Assembly (NCBI GenBank): GCA_902385255.1
Contig: CABMEV010000013.1
Location: forward strand, 14,047-78,046
DNA from: Candidatus Tiddalikarchaeum anstoanum
GTDB taxonomy: Archaea; Nanobdellota; Nanobdellia; Tiddalikarchaeales; Tiddalikarchaeaceae
Direction of reading: 5' to 3'
Length of the DNA: 64,000 nucleotides
Part shown: in pieces, positions 27,967-37,231 of the stretch
Layout: each line of letters opens with the position of its first letter
Numbering within the stretch: position 1 is the first letter of the stretch
Made by a program: the position numbers and the translations under genes
The notes under the pieces: generated by a model
Database searches by the model: none
Seen by the model: only the letters and a program-made list of their open reading frames with translations
What the model was told of the DNA's origin: nothing

Positions 27967-29238
27967 ATGATTGAATTATTAAAAGAAGTAATTGAACTGC
28001 TTGATTATTCAAAAAAATTGGAGGAGATTAAAAATTATAAGACTGAACTTGTTGAGTATTTAAAACAAAACGGCTGCAACAAGGAAATAATAGCTTACAC
28101 TGAAAAGATAAACACAAAGAATTATTTGGACAGCATAAATGAGCTCAAAAAAGTTGAACTTTTTATAAATTCTACATTCTCAGAAGCTTACGCCAACATA
28201 TTAGCAGATAAAAATAGAACTAAACTATCTGTTTTAAAATCATTATTGCTAACCTATGAAAGCGGAGACTTAGACTCATTGATAGAGCACATATCTAATG
28301 ATAACTCCCTGAATGATTATTCCTGCCCTGAGTGCAAATACACAGGAGAATTGGTTGTCTCAAAAGGAAACAGTATCTGCCCAAGCTGCGGATTATGCGT
28401 TTATGAAAATTCTGAATTAGTCGTACAAGATGCGAGATGTTTTACCCTGGATCAAAGATTAACAAAGTCGAGGTATGGAGGGGGAATACTTGATTTTGGA
28501 AATCAGACACTGATTGATTTTGCTAACCGCGACGCGCAAGGCAAGAAGTTGTCGCCATTGGCGACGAACAACGCGTACAGGCTTCGCAAGTGGCATTCCC
28601 GCACAGGGATGAACTCATCAACTGCGCGCAGCAAGATGAGCCTTGGCTTCTCATTAAGCAAGTACGAGTCTGCGATTCCGAAGAAGATTATTATTGAACT
28701 TGCCAAGAAGATTTGCTACAAGTGCAAGGAGAAGGATATAATAAGAGGAAGGGGTTTTGAGATAATAGCTGCGGCCAGCATCTACTCAGCTGTCAGGGTG
28801 TTAAAATACCCGCTCAGCCTTAAAAAAATAATATCATTGGCGGATAATAGCGGTGTCACGCCAGGAATCATCCAGTCAACAGTGATGATATTAGACCAGG
28901 CAAAAGTGTATGAAGAACTGAAAATAAAATTAGCGCTGCAGGTTATACCTATTGGCGAAATATGCAGTACATTGAACTTAACTGAACATGAAACATTAGT
29001 TGTTGATAAACTTATGACAAAATTAAACACCAAAAATTTAAACTCAGGCAAGGACCCTATGGGATTTCTTGGTGCAGTAATGTACATACTTTTTAGAGGA
29101 ACTGGCACGCCTTTAACGCAGAGAACCATAGCCAGCGTGGTTAGCGTGACGGAAGTAACAATAAGAAACAGATACAAAGAGCTGTGCAAAAAGGACAATA
29201 TTAGAACGCTAATAGAGTCTTACAAATCTTTATTATAA
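27967..29238 (+). CDS. tfb: transcription initiation factor IIB (TFB) with ~115-aa N-terminal extension
   Basis: 423 aa. Zn ribbon CPECKYTGELVVSKGNSICPSCGLCV at about residue 120. Two cyclin-fold repeats. C-terminal HTH LTQRTIASVVSVTEVTIRNRYKEL. Confidence 0.8.
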   Translation: MIELLKEVIELLDYSKKLEEIKNYKTELVEYLKQNGCNKEIIAYTEKINTKNYLDSINELKKVELFINSTFSEAYANILADKNRTKLSVLKSLLLTYESGDLDSLIEHISNDNSLNDYSCPECKYTGELVVSKGNSICPSCGLCVYENSELVVQDARCFTLDQRLTKSRYGGGILDFGNQTLIDFANRDAQGKKLSPLATNNAYRLRKWHSRTGMNSSTARSKMSLGFSLSKYESAIPKKIIIELAKKICYKCKEKDIIRGRGFEIIAAASIYSAVRVLKYPLSLKKIISLADNSGVTPGIIQSTVMILDQAKVYEELKIKLALQVIPIGEICSTLNLTEHETLVVDKLMTKLNTKNLNSGKDPMGFLGAVMYILFRGTGTPLTQRTIASVVSVTEVTIRNRYKELCKKDNIRTLIESYKSLL

Positions 29239-29306
29239 TCAAAAAGGTTTATAATCTAAAAAAAGGGTTATTAGTCTATACTAATTTTAAAAGGTGCATA
29301 AATAAA

Positions 29307-31040
29307 ATGACTGAAAACAGCAAAAAACAACAAAAAAACGTTCAGGAAACCCCTGAGGATAAATTCGTAAAAGAGTTAAAAGACGTCTTCAAAGAGGACT
29401 TACTCTCTGTCTGCAACGTAGAATTCACAGTTGAAGAAGAGGACAAGAAACAAGAAGCAGGCAAAGAACTTACTATTCCAAAAACAGAACAGGAAACAAT
29501 AGCAATAGTAAATGATTTGGTTAATGAGAAAATAATCGACTTAATCAAGAATTATAAAGGAAAAAAGGCAAGAATACTGCCTCTTAGCGGTTTATGGCAG
29601 AGTTGTTATGACAGGAAATACGAACTGTTGCAGGCAATAGTTACAAGCAAAGTATTATTCGACAAAGGATTAGTAAGAGGACTTGCCGCTGCCGAGAAAC
29701 TAAAAATGATGACGCTTGACAAGTTAAAGCGCTACATCGTCACTCTAATACTGGTTGGCAGCGTAAGCAGGGGAACCATGACAGAAACAAGCGACGTTGA
29801 CTTAGCATTCGTAATAGATGACACAGACGTCAAGCAAATGAGCAGGCAGGAAGTCTTAGCAAGATTAAGGTCAATGATACTTGGAGAAGCTGCAAAAACA
29901 GGATTCGAATTCAACATACAAGTATACTTATTAACTGATTTCTGGCAGTCACTCAGGGACACACAGCCGGTAATCTTCAGCATGGTGCGTGACGGAGTCC
30001 CATTATTTGACCAGGGAATGTTCACGCCATGGAGGATATTATTAAAGACAGGAAGGATGCAGCCAAGCCCTGAAGCAGTATCACAATTTTACAGAACAGG
30101 ACGATTACTATTACAGGACGTTAACAATTCAATAAAGGAAATAGTGATAGAGCGAGTGTTCCTTTCAATGTTCAACCCTGCGCAGGCAGCGGCGATGATG
30201 ATTGGAATCCCGCCGACAGATGCAATTAACACTCCGAGGCAGTTTAGGCAGCACTTTGTTGAGAAAGAAAAACTAGTCGAGCCGAAATACGCAGACTACC
30301 TTGATGAGATACTTAAAATAAGAAAGGATGTTGAGCACGGGAAAAAAGCAGAAGTGACTGCAAAAGAATTGTTAGCTCAGATGGAGCACGCCGAAGATTT
30401 CATCAACAGGATAGAAAAATTATTCGAAGAGATAAGAAGCAAACAGATACATACAACAATAGATGATATAGAAAAAGAGTGCACTGATGCCATAATAAAA
30501 GCATTATCCGCGATAGGCGTCAAAGCAACAAAGGACAACGTTACCGAACTAATGCGCGAGAAATTATTAAACTCGGGAATAATAACAGGAAGCGACTTCA
30601 GATTCTACACAAAGGAGATAAACGAATTAAGAACAGATTATAAAAAAGACATGCTTACCCTTGAAGAATCCCACAGGGCTGAGAAACGGGCAAAAGAGTT
30701 CATAAACACGCTTGAAAACTTATCCCAAACTTTGTCATTAAAGAACACTGAAAAGGCAAAGATACACATAAAATACGCAGGCAACAGGAATGGGGAAGTA
30801 TGGGTATTAGGTGAAGAATTATTCATAATAAAGGATTTGAAACCTGCAGAGAAAGAAGTAATCAAGGCTTCGTTGAAAAGCGACGGTGGCATAGAAAAGA
30901 CGCAGATATCAAACATGAAGGAATTAACCGATGCGAGGACAAAATTTGCCAATAAAACAGTAAGTTCAAGCCTGAAATCCGAAACTTTTAACAGCATAAA
31001 CAAGATATTCGGCGGAGAAGTTGAGTTCGTATTCGCCTAA
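29307..31040 (+). CDS. large Pol-beta-superfamily nucleotidyltransferase-domain protein (NTase plus helical HEPN-like region plus long C-terminal extension)
   Basis: 577 aa. GSVSRGTMTETSDVDLAFVIDD (GS-x-DxD NTase signature) at about residue 150. Helical regions follow. Confidence 0.55.
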   Translation: MTENSKKQQKNVQETPEDKFVKELKDVFKEDLLSVCNVEFTVEEEDKKQEAGKELTIPKTEQETIAIVNDLVNEKIIDLIKNYKGKKARILPLSGLWQSCYDRKYELLQAIVTSKVLFDKGLVRGLAAAEKLKMMTLDKLKRYIVTLILVGSVSRGTMTETSDVDLAFVIDDTDVKQMSRQEVLARLRSMILGEAAKTGFEFNIQVYLLTDFWQSLRDTQPVIFSMVRDGVPLFDQGMFTPWRILLKTGRMQPSPEAVSQFYRTGRLLLQDVNNSIKEIVIERVFLSMFNPAQAAAMMIGIPPTDAINTPRQFRQHFVEKEKLVEPKYADYLDEILKIRKDVEHGKKAEVTAKELLAQMEHAEDFINRIEKLFEEIRSKQIHTTIDDIEKECTDAIIKALSAIGVKATKDNVTELMREKLLNSGIITGSDFRFYTKEINELRTDYKKDMLTLEESHRAEKRAKEFINTLENLSQTLSLKNTEKAKIHIKYAGNRNGEVWVLGEELFIIKDLKPAEKEVIKASLKSDGGIEKTQISNMKELTDARTKFANKTVSSSLKSETFNSINKIFGGEVEFVFA

Positions 31041-31525
31041 TTATAGAATACGACATCTTTTTCCAATTCTTTTTCTTTCAAATTTTTAAAATTATTATTC
31101 AGGCATACTCTGATATCATTCGCTTTATCTTTGTTTAAGACTGAGAGCACGATTTTGCCGCCTTTCTTTAACACCCTCTTTAATTCATAAATACTTTTTG
31201 GTGCATCAATTATGTCCTGAAGAACTGTGAAACTTACTATTACATCAAAAACTTCATCCTTGAAAGGCAGGTTTTGAACATCAGCATTGACAATACGCAG
31301 ATTGTAAGCGTGCACTTTCAATAAGTTGTATGATAAATCAACGCCGACAACGTCGCCAAGAAGCCTTGTTATGAGACCTGTCCCGCAGCCAGCATCAAGT
31401 ATCAAGCCTTTTTTTGGAATAAGATCCTTTACCATCTCGTACTTTGACAGTTGTTCAGCGCCGTATAATTCATCATAACTTGGCGAGATAGTATCATAAT
31501 ACTCGGCAGCTTCACCTTTTTCCAT
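31037..31525 (-). CDS. class I SAM-dependent methyltransferase
   Basis: 162 aa. Motif I ILDAGCGTGLITRLL, then VVGVDLS and KKGGKIVLSV. Confidence 0.8.
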   Translation of the reverse strand: MEKGEAAEYYDTISPSYDELYGAEQLSKYEMVKDLIPKKGLILDAGCGTGLITRLLGDVVGVDLSYNLLKVHAYNLRIVNADVQNLPFKDEVFDVIVSFTVLQDIIDAPKSIYELKRVLKKGGKIVLSVLNKDKANDIRVCLNNNFKNLKEKELEKDVVFYN

Positions 31526-31585
31526 GCTTGTTTTAGAATTAAAAAGAATTAATAAATATGCGCATTATAATGTCATTCTTAACAT

Positions 31586-32008
31586 ATGAATTATGAATAT
31601 TTGGATACGTCAACAGCGGATTTAACAATACGCGCCTTTGGCAAGGATTTAAAAGAGGCTTTCACCAATTCTGCAATGGCCGTGTTTAACACAATGGTTG
31701 ACGCAGGCAGCGTCAGCGAGCAGGAGATAAAACTAGTATCCAAGAAAGCGAAGGATATAAAATCATTATTTTACGACTTCATTGAAGAAATAATATATTT
31801 TCACGACGCCGAAGGACTAGTTTTTAAAACAGTAAAAGTGGAAGACATTGACGAGAAAAACAACACGCTAAGAGCAGTATTCAAGGGTGAAAATTTTAAC
31901 CCCAAAAAACACAAGCCTAAGAATAACATTAAGGCAATAACTTATTATGACATGAAAATAAGTCATAAAAATTCAGGATTCGAGATAGAGTTCACACTTG
32001 ATTTATGA
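31586..32008 (+). CDS. archease (RtcB activator)
   Basis: 140 aa. YEYLDTSTADLTIRAFGKDLKEAFTNSAMAVFNTM is a typical archease N-terminus. Adjacent to rtcB. Confidence 0.85.
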   Translation: MNYEYLDTSTADLTIRAFGKDLKEAFTNSAMAVFNTMVDAGSVSEQEIKLVSKKAKDIKSLFYDFIEEIIYFHDAEGLVFKTVKVEDIDEKNNTLRAVFKGENFNPKKHKPKNNIKAITYYDMKISHKNSGFEIEFTLDL

Positions 32009-32054
32009 ACTCATAATTATTTAAAACAACACTGCTTCTAGGAAAATTAAAAAT

Positions 32055-33476
32055 ATGAAGCTTCGCCAACTTACAGAATTAGAATGGGAAATTGAGAAAG
32101 AGCCGCCGATGCTCGTACCAGGCAGGGTGTTTGCCAGCAAGCCGCTTCTTAAAATAATACAGGAAGATGAGTCATTAAAACAATTAAATAATATGGCGCA
32201 GCTTCCAGGCATACAAAAATATGCAATAGCACTACCTGACGCCCACCAAGGATACGGTTTCTGCATCGGAGGCGTTGCCGCACTAAGCACAAGCGAAGGA
32301 GGAATAAGCCCAGGCGGGATAGGATTTGACATAAACTGCGGAGTCAGGGTTATCAAAACGAAACTGAAACGGAAAGAAGTAGAACCTTGCATTAAAGAAC
32401 TTACTAATTCATTATTCACAGGAGTACCAAAAGGTATAGGAAAAGGCAGCATCATAAATGTTCCAAGAAATGAGTTAAAGGAAGTGTTGGCTAGAGGAAG
32501 CAACTGGGCCAAAGACAAGGGATTCGCAACTGATTCGGATTTAAGACACACGGAGGATAATGGCTACCTTAAGAATAATAATCCAGACTTCGTAAGCGAC
32601 AGGGCTGTAAATAGAGGCCTTCCAGAGGTTGGAAGTTTAGGTTCAGGCAACCACTTTTTGGAAATACAATTTGTTGAAGAAATCTATAATGAATCAGTTT
32701 CGAAAGTTTTCGGCCTTGAAAGAGATGATGTAGTAGTAATGGTTCACTGCGGCAGCAGAGGTCTTGGCCACCAAGTAGCGAGTGATTATATGCGAAGCAT
32801 AGAAGATGCTTATCCTGACATTGTTAAGAACCTCCCTGACAGGGAGCTTGCTTACGCGCCAGGAGGAAGCGACTTAGCGGATAAATATTTTAAGGCAATG
32901 AACTGCGCTGCTAACTTTGCGTGGGCAAACAGGCAGTTAATCACTTACTCGGTGAGGAACGTTTTTGAAAAATTCTTCGACCATTCAAGAGGTGCGTTAG
33001 GTATGGAATTATTATACGATGTATGTCATAATATTGCAAAGATAGAAACTTATGACGGCGTTGAATGCTACGTTCACAGGAAAGGTGCAACAAGGAGTTT
33101 TCCAAAAAATCATCCGGACGTGCCGGAAGATTACAAAAACGTAGGCCAGCCAGTGATCATACCTGGAAGCATGGGAACAGGATGCCATATCCTTGTTGGC
33201 AGCGAAGGAGCATTGAAGAAAAGTTTCGGCAGCACAGCCCACGGTGCAGGAAGGCTTATGAGCAGGACAAAAGCGTATAAGGAGTTCCCTGCAGTCAAAG
33301 TCAATCAGATAATGCAGGATAAAGGTATATATTTGAAAAGCGAGACTAAAGGAACTATCAGCGAGGAAGCGCCGGGAGTTTACAAGGACGTTGATGAAGT
33401 GGTGCGCGTAAGCGACCAATTAGATCTTGCCAAGAAGGTCTGCAGGCTAAAACCCTTAGGTGTAATAATAGGTTAA
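32055..33476 (+). CDS. rtcB: RtcB RNA 3'-phosphate/tRNA-splicing ligase
   Basis: 473 aa. GFDINCGVR, GSGNHFLEIQ, HCGSRGLGHQVASDY, PGSMGT, HGAGR motifs. Confidence 0.95.
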   Translation: MKLRQLTELEWEIEKEPPMLVPGRVFASKPLLKIIQEDESLKQLNNMAQLPGIQKYAIALPDAHQGYGFCIGGVAALSTSEGGISPGGIGFDINCGVRVIKTKLKRKEVEPCIKELTNSLFTGVPKGIGKGSIINVPRNELKEVLARGSNWAKDKGFATDSDLRHTEDNGYLKNNNPDFVSDRAVNRGLPEVGSLGSGNHFLEIQFVEEIYNESVSKVFGLERDDVVVMVHCGSRGLGHQVASDYMRSIEDAYPDIVKNLPDRELAYAPGGSDLADKYFKAMNCAANFAWANRQLITYSVRNVFEKFFDHSRGALGMELLYDVCHNIAKIETYDGVECYVHRKGATRSFPKNHPDVPEDYKNVGQPVIIPGSMGTGCHILVGSEGALKKSFGSTAHGAGRLMSRTKAYKEFPAVKVNQIMQDKGIYLKSETKGTISEEAPGVYKDVDEVVRVSDQLDLAKKVCRLKPLGVIIG

Positions 33477-33514
33477 ATAATATTTATAAAGGGGTTTTTT
33501 TCTAATAAAATACA

Positions 33515-34051
33515 ATGGCAAGTACCCTCGATAACTACTTAGGTGTAAAGAAGGAAGTAGAGCAACCTGTAAAGATTAATTCTATGATTAGAATAGCTGT
33601 TATTGAAGAGTCTTTCAATGCCTTATGTATAAAAAAAGATTATCTTGGTAAAACATATAACCGTTCATTGGATGATAAATTAATCGTACCCGAAGGGGTT
33701 TACATCGATTCTGATAATAAGTTTTTATTCTTCATCTATAAAGACAAAGTAACTGAGTTGGCAATAAAGGATAATATTAGAAAAATAATAAAGGAAGAAT
33801 TTAGCAGCGCCAAAGGTGATAAAGACAAGATATTTGCACTATATGGCGGGCTTATTAAATCACTTTACGCATTTGATGAAAATGACTTAGATATAAATGA
33901 TCTTAATTTAAAAATAAAAAAGATAAAAAAAGGAACTGATAATAAATTCATAAACCCTGCAGTAATAGAAATACCAATACCTCCTAAAATTAGTTCTTAC
34001 GAACCATACATTGATGAAGTCTTGGCAAATCCTGACCCTGAGGATTTCTAA
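33515..34051 (+). CDS. hypothetical protein (orphan)
   Basis: 178-aa ORF with no TM and no motif recognised. Confidence 0.45.
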   Translation: MASTLDNYLGVKKEVEQPVKINSMIRIAVIEESFNALCIKKDYLGKTYNRSLDDKLIVPEGVYIDSDNKFLFFIYKDKVTELAIKDNIRKIIKEEFSSAKGDKDKIFALYGGLIKSLYAFDENDLDINDLNLKIKKIKKGTDNKFINPAVIEIPIPPKISSYEPYIDEVLANPDPEDF

Positions 34052-35061
34052 CTACATGCCACAGTCTGAGTATTCCACTGGTCAAGAGTCTTTCCGCTAA
34101 TCTGCGTGTTCTTTAACAGCTCTGAATCCGCCGGCTCCAAATAAGCAATATAGATATCCTGGAAGGCTGTTTCTCCCCTGGTATAACTGTAATATTTTGC
34201 AATAGCAACAGGCAGCCCGAAATTATTCAGGCATAACTCGTAAAATAACCTTCCAAGACTTGCACCATTCAAGTAACTGCTCTCAGGATTCACAGTTATA
34301 GACAGTGGAGCGCATAATACTCCGCCTAATTCCCCTGCCTCTTCCCTAACACTATTATTTACGAAATTATTCTTGACAAAGTAATACACTTCATTATAAA
34401 TGTCAAAAACGCTGTAAGGCAAAGGTTTAGTGATTGATGCAGTATTAAACTGCGAGCAATTATTAAAATCGTACATCAAGTTATTATTATTTTTTTTGCT
34501 GATAATAACCGTATTATTCGGCTGAGAACACCCATTTGAAGTGCAAACATTTAATGATTCAAAAACTCCGGACAAGAAACTGCTCCCAACACTTCTGTAA
34601 TACTCCCTTCCTGTATAATGATTCCTGAAATTCGACGTCGCAGAAAGAACAGTCTCATTATGCTCAAAAGTGTACATGAGATAAGTAGTATTAGTATTAT
34701 TGCTGAATAATTCGTAGCCAAGCCTTACAGAATCCTCAGCGCTTAAAGTTACATTCACAGTAGTTGGAGTGAAAAGAATAAAAGTAAACATTATGCCAAT
34801 CATTATAAAACCAAGAAATAATACTGCAACTATTGCTATCATAAAAGAATTGCCATTATCCTTCTTCTTCCTCATTGAAGATAGACTACTACCAGTTACG
34901 GTGACCTGCCTGAGTTCATTATCGCTTAAACCGAGTATCCTGATAACATCAATATACATCGTGAAATCTTCATTCTTCAAAACTGAAAGCTGCTCCCTAA
35001 ACTGCTTAGGGTCATACATCTTAAGTTTTGTTAATTCATCAACCCAGTCGTCAACGTTCAT
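34048..35061 (-). CDS. hypothetical single-pass membrane protein with extracellular Asn-rich domain
   Basis: 337 aa. Cytoplasmic ~75-aa N-terminal region, TM FMIAIVAVLFLGFIMIGIMFTFILF, then a sequon- and Cys-containing ectodomain. Confidence 0.5.
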   Translation of the reverse strand: MNVDDWVDELTKLKMYDPKQFREQLSVLKNEDFTMYIDVIRILGLSDNELRQVTVTGSSLSSMRKKKDNGNSFMIAIVAVLFLGFIMIGIMFTFILFTPTTVNVTLSAEDSVRLGYELFSNNTNTTYLMYTFEHNETVLSATSNFRNHYTGREYYRSVGSSFLSGVFESLNVCTSNGCSQPNNTVIISKKNNNNLMYDFNNCSQFNTASITKPLPYSVFDIYNEVYYFVKNNFVNNSVREEAGELGGVLCAPLSITVNPESSYLNGASLGRLFYELCLNNFGLPVAIAKYYSYTRGETAFQDIYIAYLEPADSELLKNTQISGKTLDQWNTQTVACS

Positions 35062-35139
35062 TACTTAAGTTTGGACACTCACACTTATTAAAAAACTTAT
35101 AGTGAACTTTTTAAATAGTAAATTTCAGCATATTAAGCC

Positions 35140-36084
35140 ATGAGTTCAAAAGAGTCTTTGGAAGAAGCATTATTAAATAATAGAATAAATCAGCTGGAGC
35201 AGAGACTGGTTGCCGGCGCGGTTTATAATTATATTAACAATATAGATAACAATTCTTCACTGTATAAAGAACTTGAAACAATAAAAGGAGAGGGTTTGAT
35301 AAATATTAATTACCTCAACCCAAAAGGGGTTGTAACTAAGATAAGCATTGACAGAAAAGGATACATAAGGGGTGAATCTGAAAAAAACAGCATCTATATT
35401 GACACAAAATTAGTTATTAATTCAGAGATGTACATAAATGGGAAAAAAGTGCAATTCTTAGAAAATGTATTTAACAGCTTATTTGATGATTTTGGAATAA
35501 ATGAAAATTATGACCCTGCTGAAGTTATGGGTTTAATGAAAAGTTTGTTTAACGTTAATTTTGATAACTTAGAGCCAGGCAAAATATACATTAATCCAAG
35601 CACGTTTAGAACTGTTTTTAACAGCACCAAAAAAAAATGTTTAGCTGAACATGACTCTTCATTTAAAGATTATAAAGCTATAAAGTCAATCGGGACGGCG
35701 CTGTTAAGAGAAGCAATATCCGGATTTAATGCTGATAATTTCGAAATGATAAAAGATTATGTTCTTGACTTGATGCCTTTAGAAGTGCAAATTAAACACG
35801 TTAATTTTGACCTTCTAACTAATAATAAGGCCAAGCTGGAGTTTGACAGCTTAAACCAGTATAAACTTATGCCTGCAGATGTTAGCTTAGGAACAATAAG
35901 CAATATCATTGCGATACTGCTAAATTATGACTCTAACAATTCGGTTATACCTATGTATATTTCCGGAATGTTAGTTAACACAATCAAGTCCAAAAAGATA
36001 ATAAACCTGGATTTTATCAAAAACGAACTGGCAAAAGATGACTCAGAATTATTATTTTACCTTGATTATTTAGGCCAACTATAA
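35140..36084 (+). CDS. hypothetical protein (orphan)
   Basis: 314-aa ORF, Asn/Ile/Lys-rich, no recognised motif. Confidence 0.45.
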   Translation: MSSKESLEEALLNNRINQLEQRLVAGAVYNYINNIDNNSSLYKELETIKGEGLININYLNPKGVVTKISIDRKGYIRGESEKNSIYIDTKLVINSEMYINGKKVQFLENVFNSLFDDFGINENYDPAEVMGLMKSLFNVNFDNLEPGKIYINPSTFRTVFNSTKKKCLAEHDSSFKDYKAIKSIGTALLREAISGFNADNFEMIKDYVLDLMPLEVQIKHVNFDLLTNNKAKLEFDSLNQYKLMPADVSLGTISNIIAILLNYDSNNSVIPMYISGMLVNTIKSKKIINLDFIKNELAKDDSELLFYLDYLGQL

Positions 36085-36094
36085 AAGTAGTAAT

Positions 36095-36103
36095 CTTTAT
36101 AAA
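36095..36103 (+). promoter_or_regulatory. candidate TATA box for the L3-L15-secY ribosomal operon
   Basis: CTTTATAAA lies ~115 nt upstream of the rpl3 ATG and would imply a ~85-90 nt leader. No better AT box at leaderless distance. Confidence 0.25.
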
Positions 36104-36215
36104 GTGTTCATGCAGTTATAAACTAGTTCCAAAAATAATACACGAGTGACTACGTGTTCTGTCTGAAAAAGGATTCAATCAAAAAAAGAGTAGATAAATA
36201 GAGAGATGTGATGAT

Positions 36216-37223
36216 ATGGGTCATGTAATAGGAGACGTAGGAGCTCCACGAAGAGGAAGCATGCAGTTCTGGCCAAGATCCAGAGCGAAAAGGTCTTATC
36301 CTAGATTAACTAATAGTCCTAAACTCAAAGAACCGGTTCTTTCAAGCTTTTCAGGTTATAAAGTAGGTATGACTCATATTATGGTCATTGACAATCTTAA
36401 AAATTCTCCAACAAAAGGCCAGGAAATAGTTGTTCCAGTAACAATCATTGAATGTCCGCCGATCAACGTTTTCGCAATAAGATTATACCAAGAGACCACG
36501 ATAGGCCTTAAAATCATAGGCCAAATAAACAGCGAATCATATGAAAAAGTTCTTGCTAACAAATTATCAGTTAAAAACGCCGAGCATAAAAAAAGCTTAA
36601 CCCTTGAAGAAGCAATGAAATTATCAGACAAGATAGCAAAAGTTAACCTAATAATCCACACACATCCTGAAATGACAGCAATTGGAAAGAAAAAGCCAGA
36701 AGTAATGGAAATACCAATGGGAGGGGATGTAAAAAGCGCACTCACAAAATCATTCGAAATATTAGGCAAACAAGTTAATGTTGGAGACGTATTCAAAGAA
36801 GGGGAGCAGTTAGACATGTTCAGCGTTACAACAGGAAAAGGCTTCCAAGGCAGCGTCAAAAGGTACGGAGTAAAAATCGCACCACACAAGACAGAGTTCA
36901 TAAAAAGAAAAGCGATGAACATCGGACTGCACAGCCCTAAAAAAGTGACTCACAATCCTCCTCAATTCGGACAAATGGGATACCAGACAAGAGTTGAATA
37001 TAACAAATGGCTTCTAAAAATAGAAGACCCTGAAAAGATTAATGTAAAAGGCGGATACGTAAAATTCGGATTTCCAAAAAATAAAGTCATACTCGTAAAG
37101 GGAAGCATTCCAGGACCAAAAAAGAGATTAATAAGAATCAGAAAAAGCATAAGGCCAAACAAGTTAATACCTGCACAGCCACCGCAAATAACATATGTTT
37201 CAACAACTTCAAAACAAGGATGA
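36216..37223 (+). CDS. rpl3: 50S ribosomal protein L3 (uL3)
   Basis: 335 aa. APRRGSMQFWPRSRAKR...FSGYKVGMTHIM...GKGFQGSVKRYG. Confidence 0.95.
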   Translation: MGHVIGDVGAPRRGSMQFWPRSRAKRSYPRLTNSPKLKEPVLSSFSGYKVGMTHIMVIDNLKNSPTKGQEIVVPVTIIECPPINVFAIRLYQETTIGLKIIGQINSESYEKVLANKLSVKNAEHKKSLTLEEAMKLSDKIAKVNLIIHTHPEMTAIGKKKPEVMEIPMGGDVKSALTKSFEILGKQVNVGDVFKEGEQLDMFSVTTGKGFQGSVKRYGVKIAPHKTEFIKRKAMNIGLHSPKKVTHNPPQFGQMGYQTRVEYNKWLLKIEDPEKINVKGGYVKFGFPKNKVILVKGSIPGPKKRLIRIRKSIRPNKLIPAQPPQITYVSTTSKQG

Positions 37224-37231
37224 AAAATTAA

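Noticed and set aside
29307-31040. Archaeal class I CCA-adding enzyme (all three tRNAs here lack an encoded CCA)
   Set aside because: The NTase signature is at about residue 150 rather than about residue 45. The downstream sequence does not resemble the neck, body and tail of archaeal CCA enzymes.
32021-32551. 176-aa antisense ORF inside rtcB. Similar long antisense ORFs occur in rpl3 (36374-36922), secY (48316-49470), rpoA (10971-11387) and rps12 (12894-13358)
   Set aside because: Each lies opposite a strongly conserved, motif-bearing gene and shows no recognisable motifs. Long antisense ORFs like these can arise by chance opposite coding sequence.
36140-36213. Regulatory hairpin (ACACG-agtgacta-CGTGT, 36140-36157) and a box C-like GTGATGA (36207-36213) in the rpl3 leader
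   Set aside because: The stem is only 5 bp. The GTGATGA has no partner box D/C'/D' at suitable spacing and abuts the rpl3 start codon, so it is most likely chance.
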